Assembly (NCBI GenBank): GCA_964510525.1
Contig: CAZECE010000141.1
Span: forward strand, 9,338 to 73,337
Length of the DNA: 64,000 bases
Direction: 5' to 3'
DNA from: an uncultured Pseudomonadales bacterium
GTDB lineage: Bacteria > Pseudomonadota > Gammaproteobacteria > Pseudomonadales > JANQJO01
Shown: piece after piece, positions 20,829-31,070 of the stretch
How the letters are laid out: each line of letters begins with the position of its first letter
How positions within the stretch are numbered: the first letter of the stretch is position 1
Made by a program: the position numbers and the translations under genes
The notes under the pieces: generated by a model
The model's database searches: none
Seen by the model: the letters and a program-made list of their open reading frames with translations, nothing else
Told to the model about the DNA's origin: nothing

Positions 20829-21524
20829 TTAGTCGTCGCCACCAAAGGCCGTGAGTAAGTGGAGCAGGCTTAAGAAGATATTGTAAAGCGAGACGTATAG
20901 CGTGATGGTGGCACGAATGTAGTTGGTTTCACCACCGTGAATGATTTCGCTGGTCTGATACAAGATTACGCCAGATGAAAGCAAAATAAACAAAGAGCTC
21001 ACGGTGAGTGCCAATGCTGGGATTTGCAAGAAGATATTGGCAATGGCTGCAACAAAAGCGACTAAAAGTCCAACAAATAAGGCTTTGCCTATGTTAGAGA
21101 AATCGCGCTTGGTAATGAGAGTGAAGGCAGAGAGACCAAAGAAAATAGTTGCCGTGCCGCCTAAGGCCAGCATGACCAGCTCTGAGCCATTAGAGGTAGC
21201 GGTGTACATACTTAAAATAGGCCCTAAGGTTAAGCCCATAAAGCCTGTCAAGGCAAAGATAAACACAAGACCTAGAGCCGACTGACAGGTTTTGTGAACT
21301 GCAAACAATAAACCAAAGTAACCAATGAGTGTAATGAAAGGATTGAGGGGCGGCATGTTCATCGACATGCTAACAAAAGCGGTTAGGCCACTGAAGGCAA
21401 GAGTCAGTGCCAAAAGGGCGTAAGTGTTTTTTAATACTTTTAAAGCGCCGCCAGAGTACTGGGACGTGATAATACCGGCTTGTGCGGTAGTATTTGACTG
21501 ATTAAAAGGGTTGGGTTGGTTCAT
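20829..21524 (-). CDS. yccA: Bax inhibitor-1/YccA family membrane protein
   Basis: VLKNTYALLALTL, YQTSEIIHGGETNYIRATITLYVSLYNIF; seven TM segments; upstream of the tus genes. Confidence 0.93.
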   Translation of the reverse strand: MNQPNPFNQSNTTAQAGIITSQYSGGALKVLKNTYALLALTLAFSGLTAFVSMSMNMPPLNPFITLIGYFGLLFAVHKTCQSALGLVFIFALTGFMGLTLGPILSMYTATSNGSELVMLALGGTATIFFGLSAFTLITKRDFSNIGKALFVGLLVAFVAAIANIFLQIPALALTVSSLFILLSSGVILYQTSEIIHGGETNYIRATITLYVSLYNIFLSLLHLLTAFGGDD

Positions 21525-21683
21525 GATGATCCTCTTTAAACTTTAAGATTGCTCAATATTAAAATTGGTCAGTATTCGTCAAAATGGACTTTCTAAGACC
21601 CGATAATTCTAGTTGAGTTCCCACCAAATTACACCTTAATTCGTTTGTTTGATACCCAAATTTACGCGCTAAGGTAACGTTTT

Positions 21684-23444
21684 TTATAGTTTTTGTTCGG
21701 ATTTGATTATTTTGATCGGGTCTTTTGATCGGGTCTTTTGATTGGGTGATTGGGCTTCGGTGATCCAGTATTCGGTAGCGGCGTCTAGCTGGTCATGTGA
21801 GGTTGAGGGTGAGTTAGGCTGAAGTCTGTTAAATATGGAGCGCCCGAGCGTTTTGCCTAATTCTACGCCCCATTGATCAAACGGGTTGATGTCCCAAATA
21901 ACGCTTTCGGTAAAGGTCTTGTGTTCGTAGAGCGCGATCAAAGCACCCAGCACCTGAGGGGTCAGCTTGTTAAAGACAATTAAATTGGAAGGTCGGTTAC
22001 CGGGCATGAATTTGTGGTGCGCTACTGAGCCGGCTTGCGTTTCAGGTGAGCCTTCTGGGCTGCCGGCCATTAAGGCATAAGCCTGTGCTAAGCAGTTGGC
22101 AACGACTTGGGCGTGGTCTTTTGTTGTCCCAAAACCATTTTCTAAGGGCAATAAAAAATCAATCGGACATAAGCGGGTGCCTTGGTGCAACAGTTGATGA
22201 TAAGAGTGTTGGCTGTCGGTGCCGGCTGTTCCCCAGACAATCTGCCCGGAGTGATGCGTCAGTCTTTGATGTTGTCGGTTGATGGATTTGCCGTTGCTTT
22301 CCATGATCAACTGTTGCAGATAAGCTGGAAATTTACTGAGTTGGGCGGAATATGGAATCACTGCATGTGATTGTGCCCCAAAAAAATGGTTATACCAGAC
22401 GCTGATCAAAGCCAGGGTGGCTGGCATGTTTTGCTGGATTGGGGCGTCAAAAAAGTGTTCGTCTATGATTCGAGCGCCGCTTTTGAATGCATTAAAGCCT
22501 TCCATGCCGATAGCCGCGGCTACGCTGAAGCCGATCGTAGACCAGACGGAGTATCGCCCTCCCACCCAATCCCAAAAAGGCAGTATTTGACTCTCATCAA
22601 TGCCAAACGATTTGGCCGCTTGAGGCGCTGAGGTGACCGCAAAGAAATGCGGTTGGGTATTTTTTATTGATTGTTTGAGCCATGCTGTTGCGTGATGCGC
22701 GTTTTCAAGGGTTTCAAGGGTGGTAAAGGATTTAGAGCAAATAATAAACCCAGTGGTATTAGGGTCTAGATCCGCCACCGTGGTATGAAAATCAGCGGGA
22801 TCAATGTTGCTAACAAAACGAATTTGAATTGGATTCTCTTGACCGGGGTTAGGGTTCTCTTTGGTTAAACTGTTTTGGCGACCAATTGGGTTTAGCGCCT
22901 CGTAAACCATTCGAGGGCCTAAATCGGACCCGCCAATGCCAATATTGACTAAGGTAGTCAGTGCTTGTTGTGAACCGCCTTTATGCTGACCTTGGCGCAA
23001 TTTTTCGACCCAATGGGTCAATTGTTGTGTTGCTGATGTAATGCCGGGTCCATCGGGGTGCTGGGCTAATTGCGCTTCTGAGGCCCGAAGTAGGGGATGT
23101 TTAGCGGGACGGTTTTCTGTGAAGTTAAGGTTGGCGCCGTCTTTAAGTTGTGTGCGTAGCGCATCAAAGCCGCTGTGATGCAGTAGTTGACGCAGACTGG
23201 TTAAAACATCTGTGTTCAGCCAGTTACGGTTAAAGTCCAGCGTTAGGGGGGCGCATGACAGACGGAACTGTTCGGCTCTATTGGGTGTGTTATCGATGTC
23301 GCCCAATAGAGATTGAGTAACGACTTTTTTAGATAACTGAGACAGTGTTTGCCAGGCGCGCTGTTTTTCGGCTGGCCACTCAGTGGGGGCTATCGCCACT
23401 GGGTGTTGATGGATGCCTGGAAAACTCTCTAGGATACTTCTCAT
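21684..23444 (-). CDS. pgi: Glucose-6-phosphate isomerase
   Basis: NIGIGGSDLGP, SKSFTTLET, WVGGRYSVWS, LQQLIMESNGK, FDQWGVELGK. Confidence 0.95.
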   Translation of the reverse strand: MRSILESFPGIHQHPVAIAPTEWPAEKQRAWQTLSQLSKKVVTQSLLGDIDNTPNRAEQFRLSCAPLTLDFNRNWLNTDVLTSLRQLLHHSGFDALRTQLKDGANLNFTENRPAKHPLLRASEAQLAQHPDGPGITSATQQLTHWVEKLRQGQHKGGSQQALTTLVNIGIGGSDLGPRMVYEALNPIGRQNSLTKENPNPGQENPIQIRFVSNIDPADFHTTVADLDPNTTGFIICSKSFTTLETLENAHHATAWLKQSIKNTQPHFFAVTSAPQAAKSFGIDESQILPFWDWVGGRYSVWSTIGFSVAAAIGMEGFNAFKSGARIIDEHFFDAPIQQNMPATLALISVWYNHFFGAQSHAVIPYSAQLSKFPAYLQQLIMESNGKSINRQHQRLTHHSGQIVWGTAGTDSQHSYHQLLHQGTRLCPIDFLLPLENGFGTTKDHAQVVANCLAQAYALMAGSPEGSPETQAGSVAHHKFMPGNRPSNLIVFNKLTPQVLGALIALYEHKTFTESVIWDINPFDQWGVELGKTLGRSIFNRLQPNSPSTSHDQLDAATEYWITEAQSPNQKTRSKDPIKIIKSEQKL

Positions 23445-23481
23445 GGCGATGCCTTACTCTTTTCCTTTTCGAAACTTCTAC

Positions 23482-24492
23482 CTATTTCTTTAGGTAAAAC
23501 GATTTATACCAGTGAACAAAGTTTTCGATGCCTGTTTCAATGGGGGTGTCGGGTTTGTAATGCACGTCTTGGATCAAGGCATCGACATCGGCGTACGTGG
23601 CGGGCACATCGCCGGGCTGCATGGGTAAAAAGTTTTTCTTAGCTGTTTTGCCAAGGGCGTGTTCTAAAGTTTCAATCAGGTGCATCAACTCAACAGGCTG
23701 GTTATTGCCAATGTTATAGAGTCGATAGGGGGCTTTGCTGGTGGCGCCATCTGGGTTTGCGCTGTCCCAGTTTGGGTTGGGAGTCGCGATATTGTCCAGT
23801 GTTTTTACGACACCGGCGACGATGTCATCAATATAGGTAAAGTCTCGTTTGTGTTTGCCATGATTAAAGACGTCAATGGGTTCACCGTTCAAAATTTTTC
23901 GAGTAAAGATAAACAGGGCCATGTCGGGTCGTCCCCAGGGGCCGTAAACGGTGAAAAACCGGAGCCCAGTGGTGGGGAGTTGGTAAAGGTGGCTGTAGGT
24001 ATGGGCCATCAGTTCATTGGATTTTTTGGTCGCGGCGTACAGGCTGACAGGATGGTCGACGTTGTCATGGACCGAAAAGGGCATGGACGTGTTGGCGCCA
24101 TAGACGGAACTGCTGGAGGCGTAAACCAAGTGCTCAACTTGATAATGACGACAGTTTTCCAAAATGTTCATAAAGCCGTGAATGTTGGCGTCGATATAGG
24201 CTTGTGGATTTTCCAGCGAATACCGAACGCCGGCTTGGGCGGCTAAATTCACGACGCGCTCTGGACGGTGTTCTTTGAACACGGCTTCGAGTGCTTGGCT
24301 GTCTTCAAGCTTCCCTTGTATGTGGGTGTAATGGGGGTGATCAATCAACTGATCGCGACGAGCTTCTTTCAGCGAGACATCGTAATAGTCATTTAAACTG
24401 TCAAAGCCGATGACTTCATCACCACGATTGAGTAACACTTGCGCTAAGTGGAAGCCAATAAAGCCTGCGGTGCCTGTGATAAGAACTTTCAT
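23482..24492 (-). CDS. NAD-dependent epimerase (UDP-glucuronate/UDP-hexuronate 4-epimerase type)
   Basis: [43 protein letters not shown]. Confidence 0.9.
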   Translation of the reverse strand: MKVLITGTAGFIGFHLAQVLLNRGDEVIGFDSLNDYYDVSLKEARRDQLIDHPHYTHIQGKLEDSQALEAVFKEHRPERVVNLAAQAGVRYSLENPQAYIDANIHGFMNILENCRHYQVEHLVYASSSSVYGANTSMPFSVHDNVDHPVSLYAATKKSNELMAHTYSHLYQLPTTGLRFFTVYGPWGRPDMALFIFTRKILNGEPIDVFNHGKHKRDFTYIDDIVAGVVKTLDNIATPNPNWDSANPDGATSKAPYRLYNIGNNQPVELMHLIETLEHALGKTAKKNFLPMQPGDVPATYADVDALIQDVHYKPDTPIETGIENFVHWYKSFYLKK

Positions 24493-24584
24493 AATGTAGA
24501 GACCTTACTTATTTTAAGTTTGAAGCGTTTGAAAATTGGATACTGAGATACTAAACAAGTGGGTTGAAAAAAGTGGGTTGCAAG

Positions 24585-25925
24585 TTAAAGCCTGGCATCC
24601 ACGAGTTCGAGTGGTAGTGCGGACTTAACATCGTAGAGAATGCCGCCCGGTTTTAACAAGCTGCGTATCCATTCGGCTCCTTGCTGGGTGAATTGCTTGT
24701 GTGCCACGCACAGAACCACAGCATCGTAATGGTGTTGTTCCGGAACCGGTGTCAGTTTCAGCCCCAATTCGGCTTGCGCGATCTCCTCATTGATCCAAGG
24801 ATCATGGACATTGATATTGGCATGAAAAGAACGTAAGTGCTCAATAACATCGATGACTCTGGAATTGCGCAGATCCGGGCAATTTTCTTTAAAGGTTAAA
24901 CCTAAGATCAGAATATTGGCGTCTACTACGTGTTTTTTTGCCCTCAACAGCAGTTGGATGACTTGTTGAGCAACGTGAAGGCCCATTTCATCATTAATCC
25001 GACGCCCTGCAAGAATCACATCAGGGTGATGGCCTACTTCCTGGGCTTTGTGAGTGAGGTAATAAGGGTCAACACTGATGCAATGGCCGCCGACCAGCCC
25101 GGGTTTGAATGGCAAAAAATTCCATTTTGTGCCCGCTGCAGCCAATACTTCACTGGTGTCTATGTCTAAACGGTTAAACAGCATGGCCAGTTCGTTGACA
25201 AGGGCAATGTTGACATCTCGCTGGGTATTTTCAATGACTTTAGCCGCCTCAGCGACACGAATGCTGCTGGTCAAGTGGGTGCCGGCGGTGATGATGGTTT
25301 TATAGAGTTGGTCAATCCAAACGCTGGCCTCAGGAGAGGAGCCTGAGGTGACTTTTTTGATGTCGCTGACTTTGTGCTCGGTGTCGCCGGGATTGATGCG
25401 CTCAGGGCTGTAACCAACAAAAAAGTCTTGGTTTAAGGTCAAGCCAGAACCCGCTTCCAGAAGGGGCACGCACACTTCCTCGGTCGCGCCAGGGTAAACA
25501 GTAGATTCGTACACCACCACATCGCCAGGGTTTAAGCGCTGGGCAATCATCTTGGAGGCTTCAATCAGTGGGGTTAACACGGGGCGTTTATGCTGGTCGA
25601 TGGGGGTCGGAACCGTCACGATGAAGGTGTTGGCTCCTGATAGCTGATCGGGGTTGTTGCTGAACCAAATGCCTGAGCTAATGGGGTCTTTGGGGTTGTC
25701 GTCTGAATCAATGGGCAAGCTGAGCGATTTAAGTGATTCAGCGTCAACTTCTAATGTGTTATCGATGCCTTGTTTGAGTTCTAAAATACGTTGCTCACTG
25801 ATATCAAATCCAAGGGTATGAAACACTTTACCGAATGCGACCGCTAAGGGAAGGCCCACATACCCCAAGCCAATAATGCCAAGTCTCACCTGTTCAAAAG
25901 GGCGGAGTTGAGCCACTTGATTCAT
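24585..25925 (-). CDS. UDP-N-acetylhexosamine 6-dehydrogenase (TviB/WbpO type)
   Basis: GLGYVGLPLA, YSPERINPGD, KVIENTQRDVNIAL, PGLVGGHCI, GLTFKENCPDLRNS. ATG 25925 has an RBS. Confidence 0.92.
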   Translation of the reverse strand: MNQVAQLRPFEQVRLGIIGLGYVGLPLAVAFGKVFHTLGFDISEQRILELKQGIDNTLEVDAESLKSLSLPIDSDDNPKDPISSGIWFSNNPDQLSGANTFIVTVPTPIDQHKRPVLTPLIEASKMIAQRLNPGDVVVYESTVYPGATEEVCVPLLEAGSGLTLNQDFFVGYSPERINPGDTEHKVSDIKKVTSGSSPEASVWIDQLYKTIITAGTHLTSSIRVAEAAKVIENTQRDVNIALVNELAMLFNRLDIDTSEVLAAAGTKWNFLPFKPGLVGGHCISVDPYYLTHKAQEVGHHPDVILAGRRINDEMGLHVAQQVIQLLLRAKKHVVDANILILGLTFKENCPDLRNSRVIDVIEHLRSFHANINVHDPWINEEIAQAELGLKLTPVPEQHHYDAVVLCVAHKQFTQQGAEWIRSLLKPGGILYDVKSALPLELVDARL

Positions 25926-26282
25926 ATATGCATCCCTCAAATTAAACATGAATAGCTGTGTCCGGCGCGATTCTAACCCAAGTTCGGTATTTTTTGTGGT
26001 TTTTGCAGCTTTCTGCCTTTATCAAGCTGGTCTACTCTGTAGTAATTGTGATGTTAAGTGTCGTTAACCCACTGATTTTTAGAGGGTAACAGGCCGTTTA
26101 GTGTTTGAAAAAAGATTATGATTTAAACATCTGTAGCCTTGCTATATAATCTGGCCCGTTTTTAAACTGGTTTACAATATCGTGTGTTGCAAAATACGTG
26201 TTGTTGCAAAATACGGTGTATTGAAATAAACAGTCAACAACGCCGTCGGTACTTTTTAAGATTTTAAGAAAAAATATCAAAG

Positions 26283-26320
26283 AAAAGTATTAAAGAGATA
26301 TAAAAGTATTAAAGAGATAT
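26283..26320. repeat. Perfect 19-bp tandem duplication in the EPS operon leader
   Basis: aaaagtattaaagagatat x2, immediately before the start codon. Confidence 0.9.
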
Positions 26321-26324
26321 AGTT

Positions 26325-27728
26325 GTGGGGCATATCAGAGTTTTTCGACATTATTTTCATGTGCCCTTTTTGTTATTAGGGGCGCTTGAAGCGGTTATCC
26401 TCATCGCTTCTGTTTATTTAGCTGTCTGGTTAAGATTCGAAGACAGTGCGCGTTTAGCGGAAGTGTTGTCAGGTCTTTGGACACAAGGCCTCTTATTTTC
26501 TTTTGTGATGTTAATTGCGATGACGGCGATGAGTGTCTACCCCTCTTACCTTCGTGAGGGTATGACCGGTGTCATGTTGCGCACGGCGGTGAGTTATTTT
26601 ATCGGGTCGGCCGTTTTGGCCATGACGTTTTACTTTTTCCCTCAAATGGCGCTTGGACGTGGCATTTTCTTTATTGCGGCAGCGATTTCTTTTTGCGCAC
26701 TGTTTTTTGGCCGCCTGTTGTTTTCTCGTTTTCTATCTGAAGATATTTTAAAAAGTCGTGTTTTGGTGTTGGGTGCTGGTGAGAAAGCACGAGCCGTTTG
26801 GGACCGGGTGGTGGAGTCTAATTCGGCATTAAGTTATGTGGTTGTGGGCTTCATTCCAATAGAAGGCGAGCCAGTTTGTATTGAAAAAGGACGCTTGATT
26901 CAAGATCAGGAGGCTTCTTTAGAACAGATTGCGCATCGTTTGGGTATTAATGAAATTTTGGTGGCCCCAGATGACCGTCGGTGCAACTTTCCTGTCCGCC
27001 AACTGCTCGATGCCAAGCTCAGCGGCATTGATGTGTTAGACATTTTGAATTTTTTTGAGCGTGAATCGAACAAAATTGAAGTGGATTGGTTGAGCCCTGG
27101 CTGGCTGGTATTTGCAGACGGCTTTTCTTACAGTCAGGCTAGGTTGGTTTTTGAACGGTTTTTTGATGTTTGCGTGAGCCTAGCAATGCTTTTGCTTGCC
27201 TGGCCAATCATGTTGTTTACGGCGTTGGCCATTATGGCTGAGGATGGCTTTAAAGCGAGTGTGTTTTATCGTCAAACCCGAGTCGGGATGAACCAACGAC
27301 CCTTTTCGATTTATAAGTTTCGCAGTATGCGAGAGGATGCCGAAAAAGAGGGCGCTCAGTGGGCTGCTCAGGCGGACAACAGAATTACTCGGGTAGGTCG
27401 CTTTATTCGTAAGTATCGCATTGATGAGTTACCGCAAATTTTAAATGTTTTAAAAGGCGACATGGCGATTGTGGGTCCGAGGCCCGAAAGACCGGAATTT
27501 GTGTCCTCTTTAGCGTCTTCAATTCCTTATTTTCAGGAGCGGCATCGAGTGAAGCCAGGGATCACCGGTTGGGCACAGTTGCGTTACCCCTATGGTGCCT
27601 CTGTCGACGATTCGAAAGTAAAATTGAAATACGACCTGTATTACGTCAAAAACCACAGCTTATTGTTGGACAGCTTGATTGTGCTACAAACGATTGAGGT
27701 GGTGCTGTTTGGCAAGGGCGCTAGGTAG
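26325..27728 (+). CDS. Undecaprenyl-phosphate glycosyl-1-phosphate transferase (XrtA/PEP-CTERM-system type)
   Basis: Four N-terminal TMs, YKFRSM, RKYRIDELPQ, VGPRPERP, VKPGITGWAQ, YDLYY. N-terminus HIRVFRHY is typical of the exosortase-associated family. Confidence 0.9.
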   Translation: MGHIRVFRHYFHVPFLLLGALEAVILIASVYLAVWLRFEDSARLAEVLSGLWTQGLLFSFVMLIAMTAMSVYPSYLREGMTGVMLRTAVSYFIGSAVLAMTFYFFPQMALGRGIFFIAAAISFCALFFGRLLFSRFLSEDILKSRVLVLGAGEKARAVWDRVVESNSALSYVVVGFIPIEGEPVCIEKGRLIQDQEASLEQIAHRLGINEILVAPDDRRCNFPVRQLLDAKLSGIDVLDILNFFERESNKIEVDWLSPGWLVFADGFSYSQARLVFERFFDVCVSLAMLLLAWPIMLFTALAIMAEDGFKASVFYRQTRVGMNQRPFSIYKFRSMREDAEKEGAQWAAQADNRITRVGRFIRKYRIDELPQILNVLKGDMAIVGPRPERPEFVSSLASSIPYFQERHRVKPGITGWAQLRYPYGASVDDSKVKLKYDLYYVKNHSLLLDSLIVLQTIEVVLFGKGAR

Positions 27729-27748
27729 CGTACTAAATTTTTACATAA

Positions 27749-27794
27749 TGTGACGCACTTCAAATTGTGTGTTTAATCAGGAGTCCACTATAAT
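27749..27794 (+). promoter_or_regulatory. Candidate sigma70 promoter with an upstream CRP/Vfr-like site
   Basis: TGTGA-N6-TCAAA (27749-64), TTGTGT (27765-70), 18-bp spacer, perfect TATAAT (27789-94). Confidence 0.4.
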
Positions 27795-27895
27795 TCAGCG
27801 TGTTTTTCATTAAATTGGCTTTATTTAATGAAATTCTCAGTTAAATCAATGGGTTTTTAAAATTACAGAACGGGTTTTAAAATTACAGAGCAATT

Positions 27896-28687
27896 ATGGT
27901 CTTTTTTTATTCTTTGATTTCCTCAAACAGCTTTAATACGTTAAAAAACGTTCAAGACGTTGCTGTTACGGCCTTTATGGCCATGATTCTACTCACGACC
28001 GGCTGCACCTTTGTGCCTGATAAACCTGAAGGAGCGTCGACGGTAGAGCCATCGGCTCAGGCGCCTTTTGAAACACAAGATAATACGTTAACTGGCGCTG
28101 ATCAGGAAAAGCAATATGTCCAGCAGAGCCAGATCACATCATCTGACTCTTCCTCAGCGCCTAAGCAAGCGACCGAACAAAAGGATTACATCATTGGTAA
28201 TGATGATCAGGTTATGGTTAGCGTTTGGCGAAATGCCGATTTGTCCATCACGGTTCCGGTACGGCCGGATGGCAACATTTCCACCCCTCTAGTTGGCGAC
28301 ATTAAAGCCGCGGGACGTACCCCGATGCAGTTGGCAAAAGCGATTGAAGCGCGATTAGGTTATTTTATTAAAGATCCTCATGTCACGGTGATCATTACGG
28401 GCTTAACCAGTCATGAGTATGTGAATCGTGTTCGAATTACCGGTGCCGTGCAGAATCCGCAATCCATTCCATTTCGGGAGGGTATGACGGTGCTTGATCT
28501 GGTTTTGGCATCCGGCAGCATTACGGAGTTTGCTGCTGGTAACCGTTCGGTGTTGTATCGGCAGCACAATGGTAAAACGGTTTCAAAGCGCATACGGTTA
28601 GAAAAAATGCTGGATAAAGGCGATTTATCCGATAACTATCGCTTGCGACCAGGCGATGTATTAACTGTTCCTGAGAGTTTGTTTTAG
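27896..28687 (+). CDS. Polysaccharide export lipoprotein (Wza/Poly_export, XrtA-system type)
   Basis: Lipobox-like LTTGC, YIIGNDD...VPVRPDGNISTPLVG, SLBB domain, LRPGDVLTVPES. Confidence 0.88.
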   Translation: MVFFYSLISSNSFNTLKNVQDVAVTAFMAMILLTTGCTFVPDKPEGASTVEPSAQAPFETQDNTLTGADQEKQYVQQSQITSSDSSSAPKQATEQKDYIIGNDDQVMVSVWRNADLSITVPVRPDGNISTPLVGDIKAAGRTPMQLAKAIEARLGYFIKDPHVTVIITGLTSHEYVNRVRITGAVQNPQSIPFREGMTVLDLVLASGSITEFAAGNRSVLYRQHNGKTVSKRIRLEKMLDKGDLSDNYRLRPGDVLTVPESLF

Positions 28688-28701
28688 ATTTAGAGTGTAA
28701 A

Positions 28702-30261
28702 GTGAACATAACTTACGTTTTAGAATTATTAAAAGCCATGTATCGGGAGTACAACAATTATGCTCCCTGGTGTTGGTTGGTGTTTGTTTTGATTGCTACC
28801 GCGGTCATTATTCTGGGCTATCGTTGGCCCCAGATATATGAATCTTCAACCGATATCATGGCGGTTGAAAGCAGTGTTGGCGATTTAATGCGTGGCCATG
28901 TCGTTGGTATTGAAATCAATGAGCGCAATGCAAAAGAGGATCTATTCAGTCGCAGTATTATTCGTTCGGTGATCGAAGCAGGGGGTTGGACGGGACCGGA
29001 TGGAGAGCCTCTGACACCCATTCAGTTGCAGCTTTTGGGGCAAAGTGTTCGTCGTAATACCAAGGTGAAAAAGGTCGGCGCTGGGATTTTGAGGATCAGC
29101 TATCAAGACGCCGATGCTCAAAGAGCGTTTCTTGTGGCTTCAAAATACGCAGAGATGTTTGTCGCTGAAACAACCGAAAGGCAAAAGAGTGAAAGTCAGG
29201 CCGCTTATGATTTCATCGACAAACAAGTAGCGGCTTATCATAAAAAGTTACAAGAAGCCGAAACAAACTTAAAACAGTATCGCGCCAGAAACCTAGGGGT
29301 AAACGCGGGCGGAGAAAATGAAGTATTTGGGCATTTATCCAATCTACAGCAGCGCTTAGAGCAGACCGAGTTAGCTCTAAAAGAGGCCTTAATTCGTAAG
29401 CACTCTTTGGAAGGTCAGCTGTCCGGTGAGATATCGCAAAGCCGAGTGGCCATGAGAACCTTGTCATTGCAGCAAAAGGCCCAAGAACTTCAAGCTAAGC
29501 TGGATACGATGCGTTTAACCTACCACGATACCTACCCGGATATTGTGCAAATCAAACAACAAATAGCCGAGATCAAAGCCTCGATTCGACGCGGAGGGTC
29601 GTCTGATGATAGGTATCTTGTGCCTTCTTCCGATTCAAAAGAAGATCAATATTCGCCTCTCTATCAACAGTTGCGCGGTGATTTGGCTGCGGTCAATACA
29701 GAAATCGACCTGCATCGTGTTCGTATTGACGAGGTCAATAAGCTGATTCAACAAGTGCGAGGCAAGATGGTATCTATTAATGAAAGCGCTGTAATTGAAG
29801 CGGAAATGGTGCGCGATTACGAAGTGAATCAGGGCATTTATCAAAGTTTGTTACAAAAACGCGAAAACGCTCGCTTGTCCATGGATGTCGACAAAGAGGG
29901 CAAAGGCGTGACCTATAAAGTGCGTCAACCCGCCAATCTGCCGCTCTTACCTACGGGCATGCGTTTTCTGTATTTTTTGGTGATTGGGCCTATTTTAGGG
30001 GTATTGGTGCCTATTGGGTGTTTGTTTGCGCTGGTGCAATTTGATGGGCGGATACGCAACCTCAGCATAATCTCCAAAGTGCTGAGCCCTCCTATCATGA
30101 TGTCAATGACTTTGAGTGATGAGCAAATGGCTTTTCGGTACAAGCCTGTAATGGTTGGTTTGGGGGCGGTATTGTTGATTTATGGAGTCATGATCGCACT
30201 TCGTTTAAGTGGTTTTGATGTTGCAGGTTCTGCATTAGACATAATCGGAGGGGCGCGCTGA
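28702..30261 (+). CDS. Polysaccharide chain-length determinant (Wzz/Wzc N-terminal part)
   Basis: Two TMs flanking a long coiled coil, YHDTYPDIV, RDYEVN...Y..LL.KRE.A. Confidence 0.85.
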   Translation: MNITYVLELLKAMYREYNNYAPWCWLVFVLIATAVIILGYRWPQIYESSTDIMAVESSVGDLMRGHVVGIEINERNAKEDLFSRSIIRSVIEAGGWTGPDGEPLTPIQLQLLGQSVRRNTKVKKVGAGILRISYQDADAQRAFLVASKYAEMFVAETTERQKSESQAAYDFIDKQVAAYHKKLQEAETNLKQYRARNLGVNAGGENEVFGHLSNLQQRLEQTELALKEALIRKHSLEGQLSGEISQSRVAMRTLSLQQKAQELQAKLDTMRLTYHDTYPDIVQIKQQIAEIKASIRRGGSSDDRYLVPSSDSKEDQYSPLYQQLRGDLAAVNTEIDLHRVRIDEVNKLIQQVRGKMVSINESAVIEAEMVRDYEVNQGIYQSLLQKRENARLSMDVDKEGKGVTYKVRQPANLPLLPTGMRFLYFLVIGPILGVLVPIGCLFALVQFDGRIRNLSIISKVLSPPIMMSMTLSDEQMAFRYKPVMVGLGAVLLIYGVMIALRLSGFDVAGSALDIIGGAR

Positions 30262-31070
30262 TGAATACCGTCGATTTTAAGAAAGATTCGGTTATAAAAA
30301 GTTCTGGTTTTCAAGATCAGGCGAAAGAGCCTGCAGACGCAGTGACGATCAACCTCAAGTCATCCTCTTCAAACCTAACCTCAGCGAATCCATCTCCCCC
30401 AATAAAGTCGATGGTCGAGCCAAACTATTTAAGCTTTGAACAATTAAAATCGCATAATATTATTTATCCATTTTCAGAAAACACGAAAATGGTGGATCAG
30501 TATCGAGAATTGAGAACGTCGTTACTTGAGCTTTACGGCAATAAAAACAAGATTACGATGGTGTGTTCGGTCTTGCCAGGAGGCGGGAGCACGCATGTTG
30601 CCGTGAATTTAGCGGCAGCTTTTGCTTTTGATGAGATGAAAACGGCGCTCTTGATGGATTGTAACTTGAGAAATTCAGCATTGGCTGAGCGTTTGTATGT
30701 CGATGCGGATGCGGGCTTAACGGATTTTCTGCACGAAGAGGTTATGGGGATCGATAACATTATTTACCCGACGGGTATTGCGCGTTTGCGATTGATCCCA
30801 ACAGGTAAAAGCACCAACATCGCGCCCGAGCACTTCACCTCGAATAGAATGAGGGACTTGTTGGATCTGTTAAAGGATCGTTATCAAGATCGGTATATTT
30901 TTCTCGATGCGCCGCCACTAACCTATTCTGCGGACGCTAAAATTTTGGCGGGCTTGTGTGATCATATTTTATTGGTGGTACCTTATGGTCGAGTTTTAGA
31001 GTCGCAGCTAGAAGCTACGTTGAATGTGATTGGCAAGGATAAAATAGCGGGTGTGATTTTAAATCAATAA
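30261..31070 (+). CDS. BY-kinase-like (CpsD/Wzc C-terminal) protein with degenerate Walker A
   Basis: YRELRTSL, SVLPGGGST, LLMDCNLR, YIFLDAPP; translationally coupled to the chain-length gene. Confidence 0.8.
   Translation: MNTVDFKKDSVIKSSGFQDQAKEPADAVTINLKSSSSNLTSANPSPPIKSMVEPNYLSFEQLKSHNIIYPFSENTKMVDQYRELRTSLLELYGNKNKITMVCSVLPGGGSTHVAVNLAAAFAFDEMKTALLMDCNLRNSALAERLYVDADAGLTDFLHEEVMGIDNIIYPTGIARLRLIPTGKSTNIAPEHFTSNRMRDLLDLLKDRYQDRYIFLDAPPLTYSADAKILAGLCDHILLVVPYGRVLESQLEATLNVIGKDKIAGVILNQ

Noticed and set aside
23680-24246. Long antisense or alternate-frame ORFs (also 9704-10111, 15194-15547, 33059-33495, 54692-55144)
   Set aside because: All lie within well-supported genes, almost all on the opposite strand, and show no motifs.
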